NCBI GenBank assembly: GCA_965219685.1
Contig: CBDCOH010000002.1
Coordinates: 2,656,001-2,720,000, forward strand
Reading direction: 5' to 3'
Source of the DNA: Candidatus Spongiisociaceae bacterium
Lineage (GTDB): Bacteria; Actinomycetota; Acidimicrobiia; Spongiisociales; Spongiisociaceae
DNA: 64,000 bases
Part shown: positions 10,034 to 20,319 of the stretch, piece after piece
Numbering within the stretch: position 1 is the stretch's first letter
How the letters are laid out: the number at the start of each line of letters is the position of its first letter
The notes under the pieces: model-generated
Seen by the model: only the letters and a program-made list of their open reading frames with translations
What the model was told of the DNA's origin: nothing
Database searches by the model: none
Translations under genes and position numbers: made by a program

Positions 10034-10933
10034 TCAGTAATGCCAGGGGAACCGGGAGAAGTCCTTCGGTCGCTTCTGGACGAAGGCGTCCCGGCCCTCT
10101 CTCGCCTCCTCGGTCATGTAGCCGAGCCGGGTGGCCTCCCCGGCGAACACCTGCTGACCCACAAGACCATCATCGATTAGGTTGAAGGCGAACTTCAGCA
10201 TCCGCTGGGACATCGGGCTCTTGGCGTTGATCGCTCGGGCCCACTCGAGGGCGGTCTCCTCCAACTCGTCATGCGGGACCGCCTTGTTCACCATCCCCAT
10301 GTCGAAGGCCTCCTCCGCCGAGTAGTCGGCGCCCAGGAAGAAGATCTCCCGGGCCCGCTTCTGGCCGACCATGCGGGTGAGGTAGGCCGAACCGAACCCC
10401 GCGTCGAAAGACGCCACGTCGGCGTCGGTCTGTTTGAAGACGGCGTGTTCTGCCGAAGCCAGGGTGAGGTCGCACACCACGTGCAGGCTGTGACCTCCGC
10501 CCACCGCCCAACCCGGGACCACCGCGATGACCACCTTGGGCATGAACCGGATGAGACGCTGGACCTCGAGGATGTGAAGCCTTCCCAACCGGGCCGGGTC
10601 GATGTCCGCGGCGCCCTCTCCGTCCGCGTACATGTAGCCTTCCTTGCCCCGGATCCGCTGATCACCACCTGACGAGAAGGCCCAGCCCCCATCCTTTTGA
10701 GATGGACCGTTGCCCGTGAGCAGGACGGTTCCCACATCGCTCCACTGCCGGGCATGATCGAGCGCGGTGTACAACTCGTCCACCGTCCTGGGGCGGAATG
10801 CGTTGCGTACCTCGGGGCGATCGAACGCCACGCGGACCGTGCCCTGATCGACGGCCCTGTGGTAGGTGATGTCGGTGAAGTCGAATCCTTCGACCTCGCG
10901 CCATGCGGCAGGGTCAAACAGCTCTGAGACCAT
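10034..10933 (-). CDS. menB: 1,4-dihydroxy-2-naphthoyl-CoA synthase
   Basis: FTDITYHR, RPEVRNAFRP, SGGDQRIRG, GGGHSLHVVCDLT, SFDAGFGS, EGRDAF; start MVSELFDP. Confidence 0.95.
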   Translation of the reverse strand: MVSELFDPAAWREVEGFDFTDITYHRAVDQGTVRVAFDRPEVRNAFRPRTVDELYTALDHARQWSDVGTVLLTGNGPSQKDGGWAFSSGGDQRIRGKEGYMYADGEGAADIDPARLGRLHILEVQRLIRFMPKVVIAVVPGWAVGGGHSLHVVCDLTLASAEHAVFKQTDADVASFDAGFGSAYLTRMVGQKRAREIFFLGADYSAEEAFDMGMVNKAVPHDELEETALEWARAINAKSPMSQRMLKFAFNLIDDGLVGQQVFAGEATRLGYMTEEAREGRDAFVQKRPKDFSRFPWHY

Positions 10934-11034
10934 GTCGGTGGGTTCCTCTCGGCGGGGACGCCCACTGTACCTGCGCGCAGATGTACGAGCCGGTAGGGCC
11001 GGCAGCCGTGTCGCGGGCTCTGCTGTGGAGACCC

Positions 11035-11958
11035 TTACGAGCGGGGGGTCGCGGCCGGCACGCACACCCCGCAGGCGACTTCGGCGCCGTAAGCCTGCCG
11101 GGCGGCTGCTTCGTCCTCCGGATGCTGGTACTGGGGCGTGTCGTGACGCGGCGTGCGATGGTCGACCGGTTCCCTAGCCTCCCGCTTCCACCCGGTCTCC
11201 CACGAGTAACCCAGATCCACGATCTCACCCGGAGAGTCGAGAGTGTCGAACAGCGCCAGGGCGTCTCTCATGATCTGGGTCTGGAGCTCCGGCCTGCCGG
11301 GTGGTCCACAGGTGTGTCCCAGCGGGAAGTCGGTGAAAGCGGCCCTCGGCGGGTTGGCGGAGGCGGTTATCGACCGCGCGCTGGTCATCGACAGGGTGGG
11401 AACGCCTTTCTCCTCGATCGCTCTGCAGATCAGCCCAACTGACTGGTGGCACACCGGTCAGACGGGGACTAGCAGGACCGCGTCCACCTCCAGTTCGAGG
11501 GTCCGTTCCACCAGCACCGGGATCAGCTCGGAGCCCAGCCGCCGCTGGGAGTAGATGCCTCCCATGAAGGTGAGAGCGAGCGGGGCAAGCGCGCCGACCG
11601 CGCCCTCCGCCACCAGCATCCGCAAGGTGTCGATGGGGAAGATCACGTTGGGATCCTGGCGGGCGTCGGCCTGGTCGTAAGCGAAGTGCGTCACCCGGAG
11701 TTCCCGCGTGTCAACGTCGGTGGGGATCTCCCGGTGGGTCACATCGTCCTTGTGCGTGAACGCCACCTGGCCATGGCGGTAGATGCCTCCCGAGGCGATC
11801 AGCCCCAGGCGGGCATCCTGCAGTGGCTTGCGGAGCGGCGCCCAAGAAGGTGGGTCCTCCTTCGACGCCCACCGGTACGGCTGGTAACCCAGGCTGCCGT
11901 AGGCCTCCTTGGTCACAGCGATGTAATCGACAGGATCTCGGTCGGATTTCACGATCAC
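11035..11958 (-). CDS. Glycine/betaine/sarcosine/D-proline reductase selenoprotein B-like protein; Sec (UGA) at 11458-11460
   Basis: Two track ORFs join in frame through TGA: VLLVPV-U-PVCHQSVGL; GrdB/PrdB-like motifs (LIASGG, THFAYD, DPNVIFPID, PPRAAF.DFPLGH..G). Confidence 0.82.
11426..11445 (-). promoter_or_regulatory. Putative bacterial SECIS hairpin
   Basis: CAG-TCAG-TTGGG-CTGA-T-CTG starting 12 nt after the UGA. Confidence 0.55.
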
Positions 11959-12410
11959 AGTTCTTCTTCATCGGCTGGCGTCCACTCTGGATCCAGTTGG
12001 AGTAGGAATTCGGCGCACCTCGACTCCTCGTCGTACTCACCGATCCATCCTGCCATTCGCCGCAGTCCGTCCAGACATCGCAGGAAACCCCGGTTGGGCT
12101 CGTCCGCCCACCGAACCAATTGCGTACCTCGCCAGCCGTTCTTCCTCAGAGCGTCCAACCCGCGGTGGTAGCCAACGCGGTAGCAGGCGTATGCATCCAC
12201 GGCCGCCAGCGTCGACTTGAAGCGGCCCGGCTCACTAATGGCCCCCATTCGCGCCCACACCTCGGGGGAGTCGGGGTGTTCGGACACGATCACGGCGAGT
12301 CCTTCGGCTGTCTTTGTGGCCTCGATACGCGCCAGCAACCTCGGATCGGGCACCGGCAAGACAACCTTGGGCCTCCCCCCGATGCTCAGATGCACCTGCT
12401 CGCTCGCCAT
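11955..12410 (-). CDS. DUF3151 family protein
   Basis: AYACYRVGYHRGLDALRKNGWRG...W..EPNRGFLRCL...IGE..E..RC..FL..LDP. Confidence 0.85.
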   Translation of the reverse strand: MASEQVHLSIGGRPKVVLPVPDPRLLARIEATKTAEGLAVIVSEHPDSPEVWARMGAISEPGRFKSTLAAVDAYACYRVGYHRGLDALRKNGWRGTQLVRWADEPNRGFLRCLDGLRRMAGWIGEYDEESRCAEFLLQLDPEWTPADEEEL

Positions 12411-12654
12411 AGGGTCCAGCGTAGTGCCCGAGCCCAGCCGGATCGCCGTCAGACCCGGTAACGCACCAGCAACTCAAGCCAGAACCGGCTCGGGAGAGGC
12501 AATCGGCCAATCGGATCGACCAACCATGAACCAAGGGTCTATCCTCCAGCCCACTGCCCTCCACGGAGTGGCTTCATACCGGGGACCGGACGGTCCTCGG
12601 TATTCTTTGGCAACCTGGATGATCTCAGACACGAAAGGCGAGCCACCGCGTTCG

Positions 12655-12735
12655 GATCGATTCGTGAAAGCGCACACCGTGGCCGAGTTGGTGGCATCGA
12701 AACGATCATCCTGGACGATCACTACGGGCCGAGGG
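12655..12735 (-). pseudogene. PemK/MazF toxin remnant
   Basis: PRPVVIVQDDRFDATNSATVCAFT matches the MazF N-terminal core; no own start, similarity lost downstream. Confidence 0.6.
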
Positions 12736-13978
12736 CTGTGATGGGGGCTACCTGAATGCCGTCGGGCCGCCGGTAGGCGGGGCCGGTGGAGGTCACCACC
12801 ATCAGGGCGGCCAACTCTGCGACGCGATTCCTGGCCACCTTGTTGCGGAGTCGCAGCAAGGACTTGGCAGCCGCCTCCACAACAGCCGGGGAGGGGTTCA
12901 GCTTGACCTCGACGGCTATCCACGCGCCATCATCACGTTCGATGATGGCGTCGACCTCGAGGCCGGTGTCGTCGCGGTAGTGGAACACATCGCCGTAGCC
13001 GGGCTGGCTGTAGATACGGAGATCGCGCACGACCAATGACTCGAACAGGAGACCGAACGTCCGCGGATCGGCAAGTAGCCGATCAGGGCCGGCACCGAGC
13101 ATGGCAGCGGCCAGCGATGGGTCGACGAAGTGTCGCTTGGGCGCCCGCCTGAGAGTTGCGCGCGACCGGAGGCCTGCTGACCAGGCCGGTTGGTTCTCCA
13201 CCACGAATATCCGCTCGAGAGCCTCCAGGTACGAATATGTGGTGGAACGGCCGAGCGGAGTGTCGCCCCCCGCATCGGCCGCCAGCGTGGTCGTCTTCGC
13301 CTGCGAAGCTACATGGCGGGCCAGCGAACGGACCAGTCTTCGTACGGAGGCCGGCCGGTGGCGCACCGCGCTCGCCGAGGGGATGTCAAGGCGGACGACC
13401 TCGTTCAGGTAGTCGCGCACCGCCAGCCGGGCGTTGCGCTCGTCCAGGTCAAGGCTTCCCGGCCATCCTCCGACGCATACGAACGTTGCCACGTCCTTCA
13501 ATCCGACGTCGGACCTGGGCATTGCAGAGGCGGATCCACCATCGAACAGGCACCGTAGCGAGACTTCACCGGTGGAGTGACCCATCTCGTAGAGCGACAT
13601 CGGCCGCATCAGCACCCGGCTGATCCGCCCCACGCCGGTGTGGCGGGTGATCTCGTCTTGTGGAGACGCCGATCCGGTGAGGATGAACTGGCCGAACCGG
13701 GCCCGGTCGTCACACTCGCGGCGTACCCGATTCCACAACTGAGGCGCGTTCTGCCACTCGTCGAGCAATCTGGGAGTGGCGCCGCGGAGCACCGCGGCCG
13801 GGTCGGCGGAGGCGATCAGCAGGGTTACCTCGTCATCAAGACGAGCTTCGCTGCGGGCAACATTTCGCGCCGACCAGGTCTTGCCGCACGCACGGCAGCC
13901 TTCGATCAGGACCGCACCCCGTCTCCGCAGGGCCCCGTCGATGTCCCCATCGGCGATACGCGGTCGATAGCCGGGCAT
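12722..13978 (-). CDS. AAA_14 + DUF4143 ATP-binding protein
   Basis: YRPRIAD, GCRACGKT Walker A, LLDEWQ, FILTGSA, K.HFVDPSLA, FESLVVRDL, EVDAIIE...AVEVKL. Confidence 0.88.
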   Translation of the reverse strand: MPGYRPRIADGDIDGALRRRGAVLIEGCRACGKTWSARNVARSEARLDDEVTLLIASADPAAVLRGATPRLLDEWQNAPQLWNRVRRECDDRARFGQFILTGSASPQDEITRHTGVGRISRVLMRPMSLYEMGHSTGEVSLRCLFDGGSASAMPRSDVGLKDVATFVCVGGWPGSLDLDERNARLAVRDYLNEVVRLDIPSASAVRHRPASVRRLVRSLARHVASQAKTTTLAADAGGDTPLGRSTTYSYLEALERIFVVENQPAWSAGLRSRATLRRAPKRHFVDPSLAAAMLGAGPDRLLADPRTFGLLFESLVVRDLRIYSQPGYGDVFHYRDDTGLEVDAIIERDDGAWIAVEVKLNPSPAVVEAAAKSLLRLRNKVARNRVAELAALMVVTSTGPAYRRPDGIQVAPITALGP

Positions 13979-14089
13979 CGTGAGGGTGCGATTTGGGCTC
14001 TCCGTAGGCTCCATCTGGCTCGGACACACTCCCTTTTTGGAACAGCTCGTCGTGGAAGTGCCCCCACCGAGGGCGACACGATAGATTGT

Positions 14090-14129
14090 TAGTACGTTTC
14101 AGGAATCAAATATAGTACATTCTAGGAAT
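14090..14129. repeat. AT-rich imperfect direct repeat (23-bp period) upstream of the AAA/DUF4143 gene
   Basis: TAGTACGTTTCAGGAAT at 14090 and TAGTACATTCTAGGAAT at 14113. Confidence 0.7.
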
Positions 14130-14241
14130 AATTTGTAGGACGGTATGGGAGTCAACTACAATACGTTCTGTGAACCACTGACTCCCTCGGGAATTCCCTT
14201 CCGTGGACAGGTGTTGGTTTGGTTCGATCCCTGCTCCGGTC

Positions 14242-14652
14242 TCAGCCGGGGAGGTCGGGGAGTCCTAGCATGTCGCGGCGTACGCGTATCTCGGTCCGGT
14301 GGGTGCGCTGGGCATCCTGCATCGCAACGGCCATGGCGTCCTCCAAGGCCTTCAACTTTCGAGCGAGACGCCTGACCTCGGCGCGCAGGGCCTCGTTCTC
14401 CGACTCGAGCTGCATGATCCGTTTGACGCCCTCGATGTTGATGCCCTGGCTGGTGAGATCCTGGATCAGGGCCAGGCGCTCGAGGTCGGCGTTGGAGTAC
14501 CTGCGGGTACCCCCGGGGGTGCGGAACGGCTCGATCAGTCCCCGGCGCTCGTAGATGCGCAAAGTCTGCGGATGCATCCCGGCCAGGGACGCCGCCACGG
14601 AGATCACGTAGACGGCTTCCAACTCCGTCGGTACCCGTTTCTTCGCCATCAT
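14242..14652 (-). CDS. hspR: MerR-family heat-shock repressor HspR
   Basis: VYVISVAASLAGMHPQTLRIYERRGL..P.RT.GG.RRYS; last gene of the dnaK operon. Confidence 0.93.
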   Translation of the reverse strand: MMAKKRVPTELEAVYVISVAASLAGMHPQTLRIYERRGLIEPFRTPGGTRRYSNADLERLALIQDLTSQGINIEGVKRIMQLESENEALRAEVRRLARKLKALEDAMAVAMQDAQRTHRTEIRVRRDMLGLPDLPG

Positions 14653-14665
14653 GCCTCCCCTTCTC

Positions 14666-15766
14666 TCACAGGTTATCGCGCGGGTTCCCCGTCTCGTAGC
14701 GGTCCCTGAACTCCTCGAGCATCTTGCGGGCGTCCTTCGGGAGTTTCGGCGGGACCGTCACCTGGACGGTCACAAGCAGGTCGCCCGGCCGTCCCCGGTC
14801 CCGGCGGACCCCCTCCTTGCGTACCCGGAAGGTCCTACCGGACGAGGTACCCGCCGGGATCTTCAGCGTCACCGGACCGTTGAGCGTCGGCACCTGTACC
14901 TTCGCGCCCAGGGCAGCCTCGGTGAAGGTAACCGGGAGCTTCAGGAGCAGATCGTCTCCGCTGCGGGAGAAGACCGGATGCCCCGACACTCGCACCTCGA
15001 CCAGCAGATCGCCGGGAGGTCCTCCGCGGACTCCAGGGGAGCCTCGTCCGCGCAGCCGGATGGTGTTCCCGTCCTTGACGCCGGGGGGAATCCTCACCTT
15101 GATGGTCCGAGCCCTCCGCTCCCGACCCTTGCCGCGACACTTGGAGCAGGGGGAGTCCAGGGTCCGACCCGAGCCGCTGCACTGCGGGCAAGGGTTGGTG
15201 AACGAGAAGAAGCCCTGGTTGGAAGCGACGGTCCCGGTACCTCCACAGCCCGTGCACACGTCGAACGACGTACCCGGCTCTGCGCCTCCACCCCCGCACC
15301 GGCTGCACGCTTCGGGGCTCTCGATCCGCACCGACGCCGTAGTGCCCTTGATCGACTCCTCGAAGGTCATGTCGAGCGTGGTGGAGACGTCGCCTCCCCG
15401 CTGCGGACCGCGCCGTCCACCACGGAACCCAAACAGGTCACCGATCCCGCCCGCACCTCCCAGCAGGTCCTCAAACCGAACATGCTGGCCGCCGAACGGG
15501 CCGTGCCCGCCGCCGGATCCACGGAAGGCTCCGGCGCCCATGGACCGAACCTGGTCGTATTCCTGCCGCCTATCCGGGTCGGAAAGCACCGAGTAGGCCT
15601 CCGAGACCTCCTTGAAACGCTCGGACGCCTTCGGATCGTCAGGATTGGCATCGGGGTGCAGCTTCTGTGCGAGCCGGCGGTACGACTTCTTGATCGCGGC
15701 CTGATCAGCGTCCTTGTCCACCTCCAGGAGACGGTAGAAGTCCTTCCGGAGCCAGTTGCGGTTCAT
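14666..15766 (-). CDS. dnaJ: Chaperone DnaJ
   Basis: J domain HPD, G/F region, four CxxCxGxG repeats. Confidence 0.96.
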   Translation of the reverse strand: MNRNWLRKDFYRLLEVDKDADQAAIKKSYRRLAQKLHPDANPDDPKASERFKEVSEAYSVLSDPDRRQEYDQVRSMGAGAFRGSGGGHGPFGGQHVRFEDLLGGAGGIGDLFGFRGGRRGPQRGGDVSTTLDMTFEESIKGTTASVRIESPEACSRCGGGGAEPGTSFDVCTGCGGTGTVASNQGFFSFTNPCPQCSGSGRTLDSPCSKCRGKGRERRARTIKVRIPPGVKDGNTIRLRGRGSPGVRGGPPGDLLVEVRVSGHPVFSRSGDDLLLKLPVTFTEAALGAKVQVPTLNGPVTLKIPAGTSSGRTFRVRKEGVRRDRGRPGDLLVTVQVTVPPKLPKDARKMLEEFRDRYETGNPRDNL

Positions 15767-15785
15767 CGACCACCACCCATCGCCA

Positions 15786-16412
15786 TCATTCCTCTGCCTG
15801 GTCCTCCGCGGCCGTCTCCTCCGTCCTCGCGGCTTCGTATCCGACCGCGACGAGGCTGGCCCGGATCACACGCCCGTTGAGCGTGTACCCACGACGCCAC
15901 TCGGCCTCCACGACCATCGTGCCGCTCCCCTCGCCCATCTGGGCCGCTTCGTGGACGTTAGGGTCGAACACCTCGCCCAACGCCTCGATCGGCTCCAGTC
16001 CCTCTCTCGCCAGGGTCGACAGCAGCAGGTCGCGGGTACCTGTCAAACCTCGGCGGATGCTCTCATCGGAGGAGGTCTGGGTATCCATGGCCATAGCCGC
16101 GTCGAGGCTGTCGAGCACCGGAAGCAGCCGGCCCAGGACACGCCCCGACGCGCGGTCGATCATCGCCGCCTGGTCACGTTGGGCGCGCTTGCGGTAGTTG
16201 TCGAACTCGGCCACCGATCGCTTCCACTTGTCGATTGCCTCCGCGGCGGCCGCGCGTGTCGCCAGCAGTTCACCTACCAGCAGCGCAATCGCCTCGTCGG
16301 GATCCTCGGGCAACTCGAACGCCGGTACCGCCCCTGCGGACTCCTCCGCCGCGCCGCCGTCCTCGTCCTCGGCGATGCCTTCCTCGATCATCTCGCCGTG
16401 CTCGCCGGTCAC
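15786..16412 (-). CDS. grpE: Nucleotide exchange factor GrpE
   Basis: AEFDNYRKR, LLPVLD, FDPNVHEA, GYTLNGRVIRASLVAV; GTG start with GGAGG RBS. Confidence 0.93.
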   Translation of the reverse strand: MTGEHGEMIEEGIAEDEDGGAAEESAGAVPAFELPEDPDEAIALLVGELLATRAAAAEAIDKWKRSVAEFDNYRKRAQRDQAAMIDRASGRVLGRLLPVLDSLDAAMAMDTQTSSDESIRRGLTGTRDLLLSTLAREGLEPIEALGEVFDPNVHEAAQMGEGSGTMVVEAEWRRGYTLNGRVIRASLVAVGYEAARTEETAAEDQAEE

Positions 16413-16440
16413 GGGTCCTCCCTGCCTCCGCGACCGGACA

Positions 16441-18279
16441 TCACCGGTCCTCCTCGTCGTCGATGATCTCCGCCTCGACGATGTCCTCGGAGTCGTCCAT
16501 GCCGCCAACCGGGCCGGCGCCTGCCTCCCCTTGCTCGGAGGCCTGGGAGGCGTACATCTTCTGGGCCAGGACCTGGGATGCCCGGAATGTGTCCTCGATC
16601 TTCGACTGGATGTCCTCAGCAGTGGCCGACTCGTCTTCCGCGGCACTCCGCAGGTCCGACAGGGCGGAATCTATGCCGGCCCGTTCGTCCTCGTCGAGTT
16701 GGTCGCCGTGCTCCTCGAGCAGCTTCTCGGTCTGGTTGACGACCTGGTCGGCCTGGTTGCGGGTGTCCGCCAGCTCCCGTCTCTTGGCATCCTCCTCCGC
16801 GTAGCGCTCGGCGTCCTCGACCATGCGCTCGATCTCGTCCTGGGACAGAGCGGTCCCGCCGGTGATGGTCATGGCCTGCTCCCTCCCGGTGCCCAGATCC
16901 TTGGCGTTCACCGAGACGATCCCGTTCGCGTCGATGTCGAAGCTCACCTCGATCTGGGGCATGCCCATCGGGGCCGGAGGGATCCCGGTGAGATTGAACC
17001 TGCCCAGGCTCTTGTTGTCGTGGGCCATGGGACGCTCTCCCTGCAGTACGTGGATCTCCACCTCGGGCTGGTTGTGGGCAGCGGTGGTGAATATCTCGGT
17101 CCGCTTGGTGGGAATGGTCGTGTTCCTCTCGATCATCTTTGTCATCACGGCGCCCTTGGTCTCGATCCCGAGGGTGAGCGGTGTCACATCGAGCAGGAGG
17201 ATGTCCTTGACGTCGCCCGTCAGGACCCCTGCCTGCAGGGCGGCGCCGGATGCCACCACCTCGTCGGGATTGACACCCCTGTGCGGGTCCTTACCGGTCA
17301 GCTCCCTCACGAGATCCTGGATGGCAGGCATGCGCGTGGAGCCACCGACCAGGACGACATGGTCTATCCCCGCAGTCGTCACGCCTGCGTCTGCGATGGC
17401 CCGCCTGAACGGTCCCTTGGTCCGGTCGACCAGGTGCTCGGTCATCTTCTGGAACTCCGAACGGGTCAACTGCTTCTGCAGGTGCAACGGCCCCGCCGAG
17501 GTGGCGGTTATGAAGGGCAGGTTCAGGTCGGTCTCGGGAATCGTGCTGAGCTCGATCTTTGCCTTCTCGGCTGCTTCCTTGAGGCGCTGGACAGCCATCC
17601 GGTCGGATCCCAGGTCCACCCCGGTCTCCGTCTTGAACTCGGCGACGAGCCAGTCGATGATCTCCTGGTCCCAGTCGTCCCCGCCCAGCTGCGTGTCCCC
17701 GCTGGTGGACTTGACCTCGAACACGCCCTCCCCGATCTCGAGGATGGAGACGTCGAACGTGCCTCCCCCGAGATCGAAGACGAGGATGGTCTGGTCGGAC
17801 TCCTCCTTGTCGAGCCCGTAGGCCAGCGCGGCTGCGGTGGGCTCGTTGACGATGCGCAGCACGTCGAGGCCGGCGATCTGGCCGGCCTCCTTGGTGGCCT
17901 GGCGCTGGGCGTCGTTGAAGTAGGCGGGCACCGTCACCACCGCCGAGGTGACATCGCTGCCCAGGTAGGACTCGGCGTCCCGCTTGAGCTTCATCAGTAT
18001 CCGGGCCGAGACCTCCTGGGCGGTATACCGCTTGCGGTCCGCGCGGGCCGACCAGTCGGTGCCCATGTGACGCTTGACCGACCGGATCGTGTTGTCGGGA
18101 TTCGTGATCGCCTGGCGTTTTGCAACCTCGCCCACCATCACGTCCCCGTCCTTGAAGGCAACCACCGACGGGGTGGTGCGCCCACCCTCCGCGTTGGCGA
18201 CCACAGTCGGCTCACCACCCTCGAGCACAGCTATGACGCTGTTGGTGGTACCCAGATCGATTCCGACGGCCTTGGCCAT
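16441..18279 (-). CDS. dnaK: Chaperone DnaK
   Basis: [34 protein letters not shown]. Confidence 0.98.
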   Translation of the reverse strand: MAKAVGIDLGTTNSVIAVLEGGEPTVVANAEGGRTTPSVVAFKDGDVMVGEVAKRQAITNPDNTIRSVKRHMGTDWSARADRKRYTAQEVSARILMKLKRDAESYLGSDVTSAVVTVPAYFNDAQRQATKEAGQIAGLDVLRIVNEPTAAALAYGLDKEESDQTILVFDLGGGTFDVSILEIGEGVFEVKSTSGDTQLGGDDWDQEIIDWLVAEFKTETGVDLGSDRMAVQRLKEAAEKAKIELSTIPETDLNLPFITATSAGPLHLQKQLTRSEFQKMTEHLVDRTKGPFRRAIADAGVTTAGIDHVVLVGGSTRMPAIQDLVRELTGKDPHRGVNPDEVVASGAALQAGVLTGDVKDILLLDVTPLTLGIETKGAVMTKMIERNTTIPTKRTEIFTTAAHNQPEVEIHVLQGERPMAHDNKSLGRFNLTGIPPAPMGMPQIEVSFDIDANGIVSVNAKDLGTGREQAMTITGGTALSQDEIERMVEDAERYAEEDAKRRELADTRNQADQVVNQTEKLLEEHGDQLDEDERAGIDSALSDLRSAAEDESATAEDIQSKIEDTFRASQVLAQKMYASQASEQGEAGAGPVGGMDDSEDIVEAEIIDDEEDR

Positions 18280-18297
18280 ACGACTCTCCTTCTTGCT

Positions 18298-18357
18298 CTT
18301 GAGTCAGGTAATTCTCAGTGTATCCGTTAGGTATAACCTGAGTCGCACCTTATCATA
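18298..18357. promoter_or_regulatory. HAIR-like HspR operators upstream of dnaK (degenerate)
   Basis: CTTGAGT-N8-TCTCAGT and CCTGAGT-N7-TATCATA versus consensus CTTGAGT-N7-ACTCAAG. Confidence 0.55.
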
Positions 18358-18615
18358 TTCCCTCCTAATCACCTACTTCTTGACCACGGCTGCGGCCGAC
18401 TCTCGCGGGTGCGCGGTCGTCGCGTCCTGGTGGCAATCGGCCGTCTGTAGACCAGACCGGATCGAGCAGGTAGCCCAAACAGCGGCTACGCATCGTGGCT
18501 TGCGTCCGCCGGCGCGCTGGCCTTCATCCCCCGGTAGGACTACGGTCAGGTGGAGCGGCCGCGACGCGCAGCAAGCGCGCACCGGGCCCGGCGATTCGGC
18601 TCTCACGGAGCAATC

Positions 18616-19830
18616 TTGATAATCCTCGCTAACGGCAAGACGAAGGTGGTCTCCCAGCGGACCGACACCACAGATGCACTGTGGGTCCGGATGGACGAAC
18701 TGCCCCGAGCCACCGGTTGGCAGATGAAGCCCGAAGGCGCTTGCCTGGGCGAGTTGTGCGTGCCGCTTCCCGCGTATAAGCGCGACGCGTGGATCGCCGA
18801 CGCCGACGGCTGGGTGTGGTTCTGCTACTCGGAATTCGCGGACATGATCGGCCAGAAGCATGTCCGCGACGGCGACGTATGGAGCCTCGGGTCGGTACCC
18901 GAGGTACGTCGTGTAGGGCTGGAGTCGGCGATAGCGCCCGACTTCGAAGTGGCCGAGCGCAACGGCAACAGGTTGCGGCTCTCCGACTTGCGGGGTCGCA
19001 AGGTCGTGCTGTTCACGTGGTCATCTTGGTGAGGCTGCCGCCTTAGCCTGCCGGACTGGCAGGACCTGTACGAATCCATCGGTCCGGACCGGTTCGAGTT
19101 GATCAGCGTTGCGCAGGACTCGGGTGGCCCCGAGGCTGCCGACAGGTGGTTTGACCGGGCGTCGCCGACCTACCGGTGCGTGGTCGACCCCACGCATCAG
19201 ATCAGCTCGCTGTTCGGCTGGGTGAACGTGCCGTCGGCAGCCTGGATCGACGAGGAAGGGCACATCGTCCGCAGCAATGAAGGGGTGTACCCCGCCAAGA
19301 CGACCATCAGGTTCGGCCTCGGCAAAGTCCGGCTGGGTGGCGATGCATTCGCCCGGGCGACCCGCGACTGGATCGAGCGGGGCGCCGGCAGCGAGCACGT
19401 CTGGTCGACCGAACAACTAGCCGAGCGGCTCAAGCCCGTCGACGACGACACACGGCTGGCAGAGGCAACGTTCAAGCTGGCGTTGCACTTCGAGGCGGTG
19501 GGCGACGACGCGGGTGCACGGCGGCACTTCGCCGCGGCGCAGGATCTGGCCCCCGACAACTGGAACTACCTGCGGCAGGGATGGACGAACAAGGGCGCGG
19601 CCTACGCCAACCTGAAGGTACTCACACGAACGAACTACCTCCGCAAGAACTCCGACAAGAGCTACTACGACCCCATGGAGTTACCCGGCGAGAACTACCA
19701 GCGCTTTACCGAGCCCGAGTGGCTGTGGACACCTGCCGTCCGCCGACTCAAGCAACTGCTCGGCCGCCAGGAGGCTGGACACCCGCGGAAGGGGCCAGGA
19801 CACGACGGCACCTCTTCGCCCCGGCCCTGA
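18616..19830 (+). CDS. Redoxin (AhpC/TSA, TlpA-like) selenoprotein with N-terminal Cys domain and C-terminal TPR-like helices; Sec (UGA) at 19030-19032
   Basis: GGAG-N5-TTG start; APDF...LSDLRGRKVVLFTWSSW-U-GCRLSLPDWQ continues in frame into track ORF 19099-19830. Confidence 0.83.
19047..19063 (+). promoter_or_regulatory. Putative bacterial SECIS hairpin
   Basis: CCTGCC-GGACT-GGCAGG starting 14 nt after the UGA. Confidence 0.6.
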
Positions 19831-19839
19831 GGTAAGGGG

Positions 19840-20319
19840 TCAGATCTCCCGGTGCCTCCGGCTGGAGATGACGCCGGTGTCGAAACCGGCCAGATTGAGA
19901 CGGCCCGAGAAGCGGGCGTGCTCGATTTTCAGGCAGCGGTCCTGGACCACCTCGAGTCCGGCGTCCATGGCCGTCCGGGCAGCCTCGTCGTGGCGGAGGC
20001 CCAACTGGAACCAGACCACCTTCGCCCCGATCGCGATAGCCTCGTCGACCACTCCCGGCAGCGCCGAATGCTTCCGGAATATGTCCACGATGTCGGGAAC
20101 CTCGGGAAGCGCGGCCAGCGAGGGATAGCACTTCAACCCCAGGATCTCGTCGTACATCGGATTGACCGGATAGACCCTGAGATGCGTCCTTATGATGTAG
20201 GTCGCGACGAAGTTGGAAGCTCGCAACTCGTTGCCCGACACACCGACCAGGGCGACCGACTCGGCCTCACGGATGATTCGCAGACGCGTCCGGGGATCGG
20301 CTTCCAGCACTCTGCTCAT
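19840..20319 (-). CDS. CoA-binding protein (YccU-like)
   Basis: VALVGVS...RAS..V...YPVNP...DIVDIFR...VWFQLG...DRCLKIEH. Confidence 0.9.
   Translation of the reverse strand: MSRVLEADPRTRLRIIREAESVALVGVSGNELRASNFVATYIIRTHLRVYPVNPMYDEILGLKCYPSLAALPEVPDIVDIFRKHSALPGVVDEAIAIGAKVVWFQLGLRHDEAARTAMDAGLEVVQDRCLKIEHARFSGRLNLAGFDTGVISSRRHREI

Noticed and set aside
16198-18330. 710-aa ORF antisense to dnaK
   Set aside because: Long antisense frames on dnaK are a familiar codon-bias artefact
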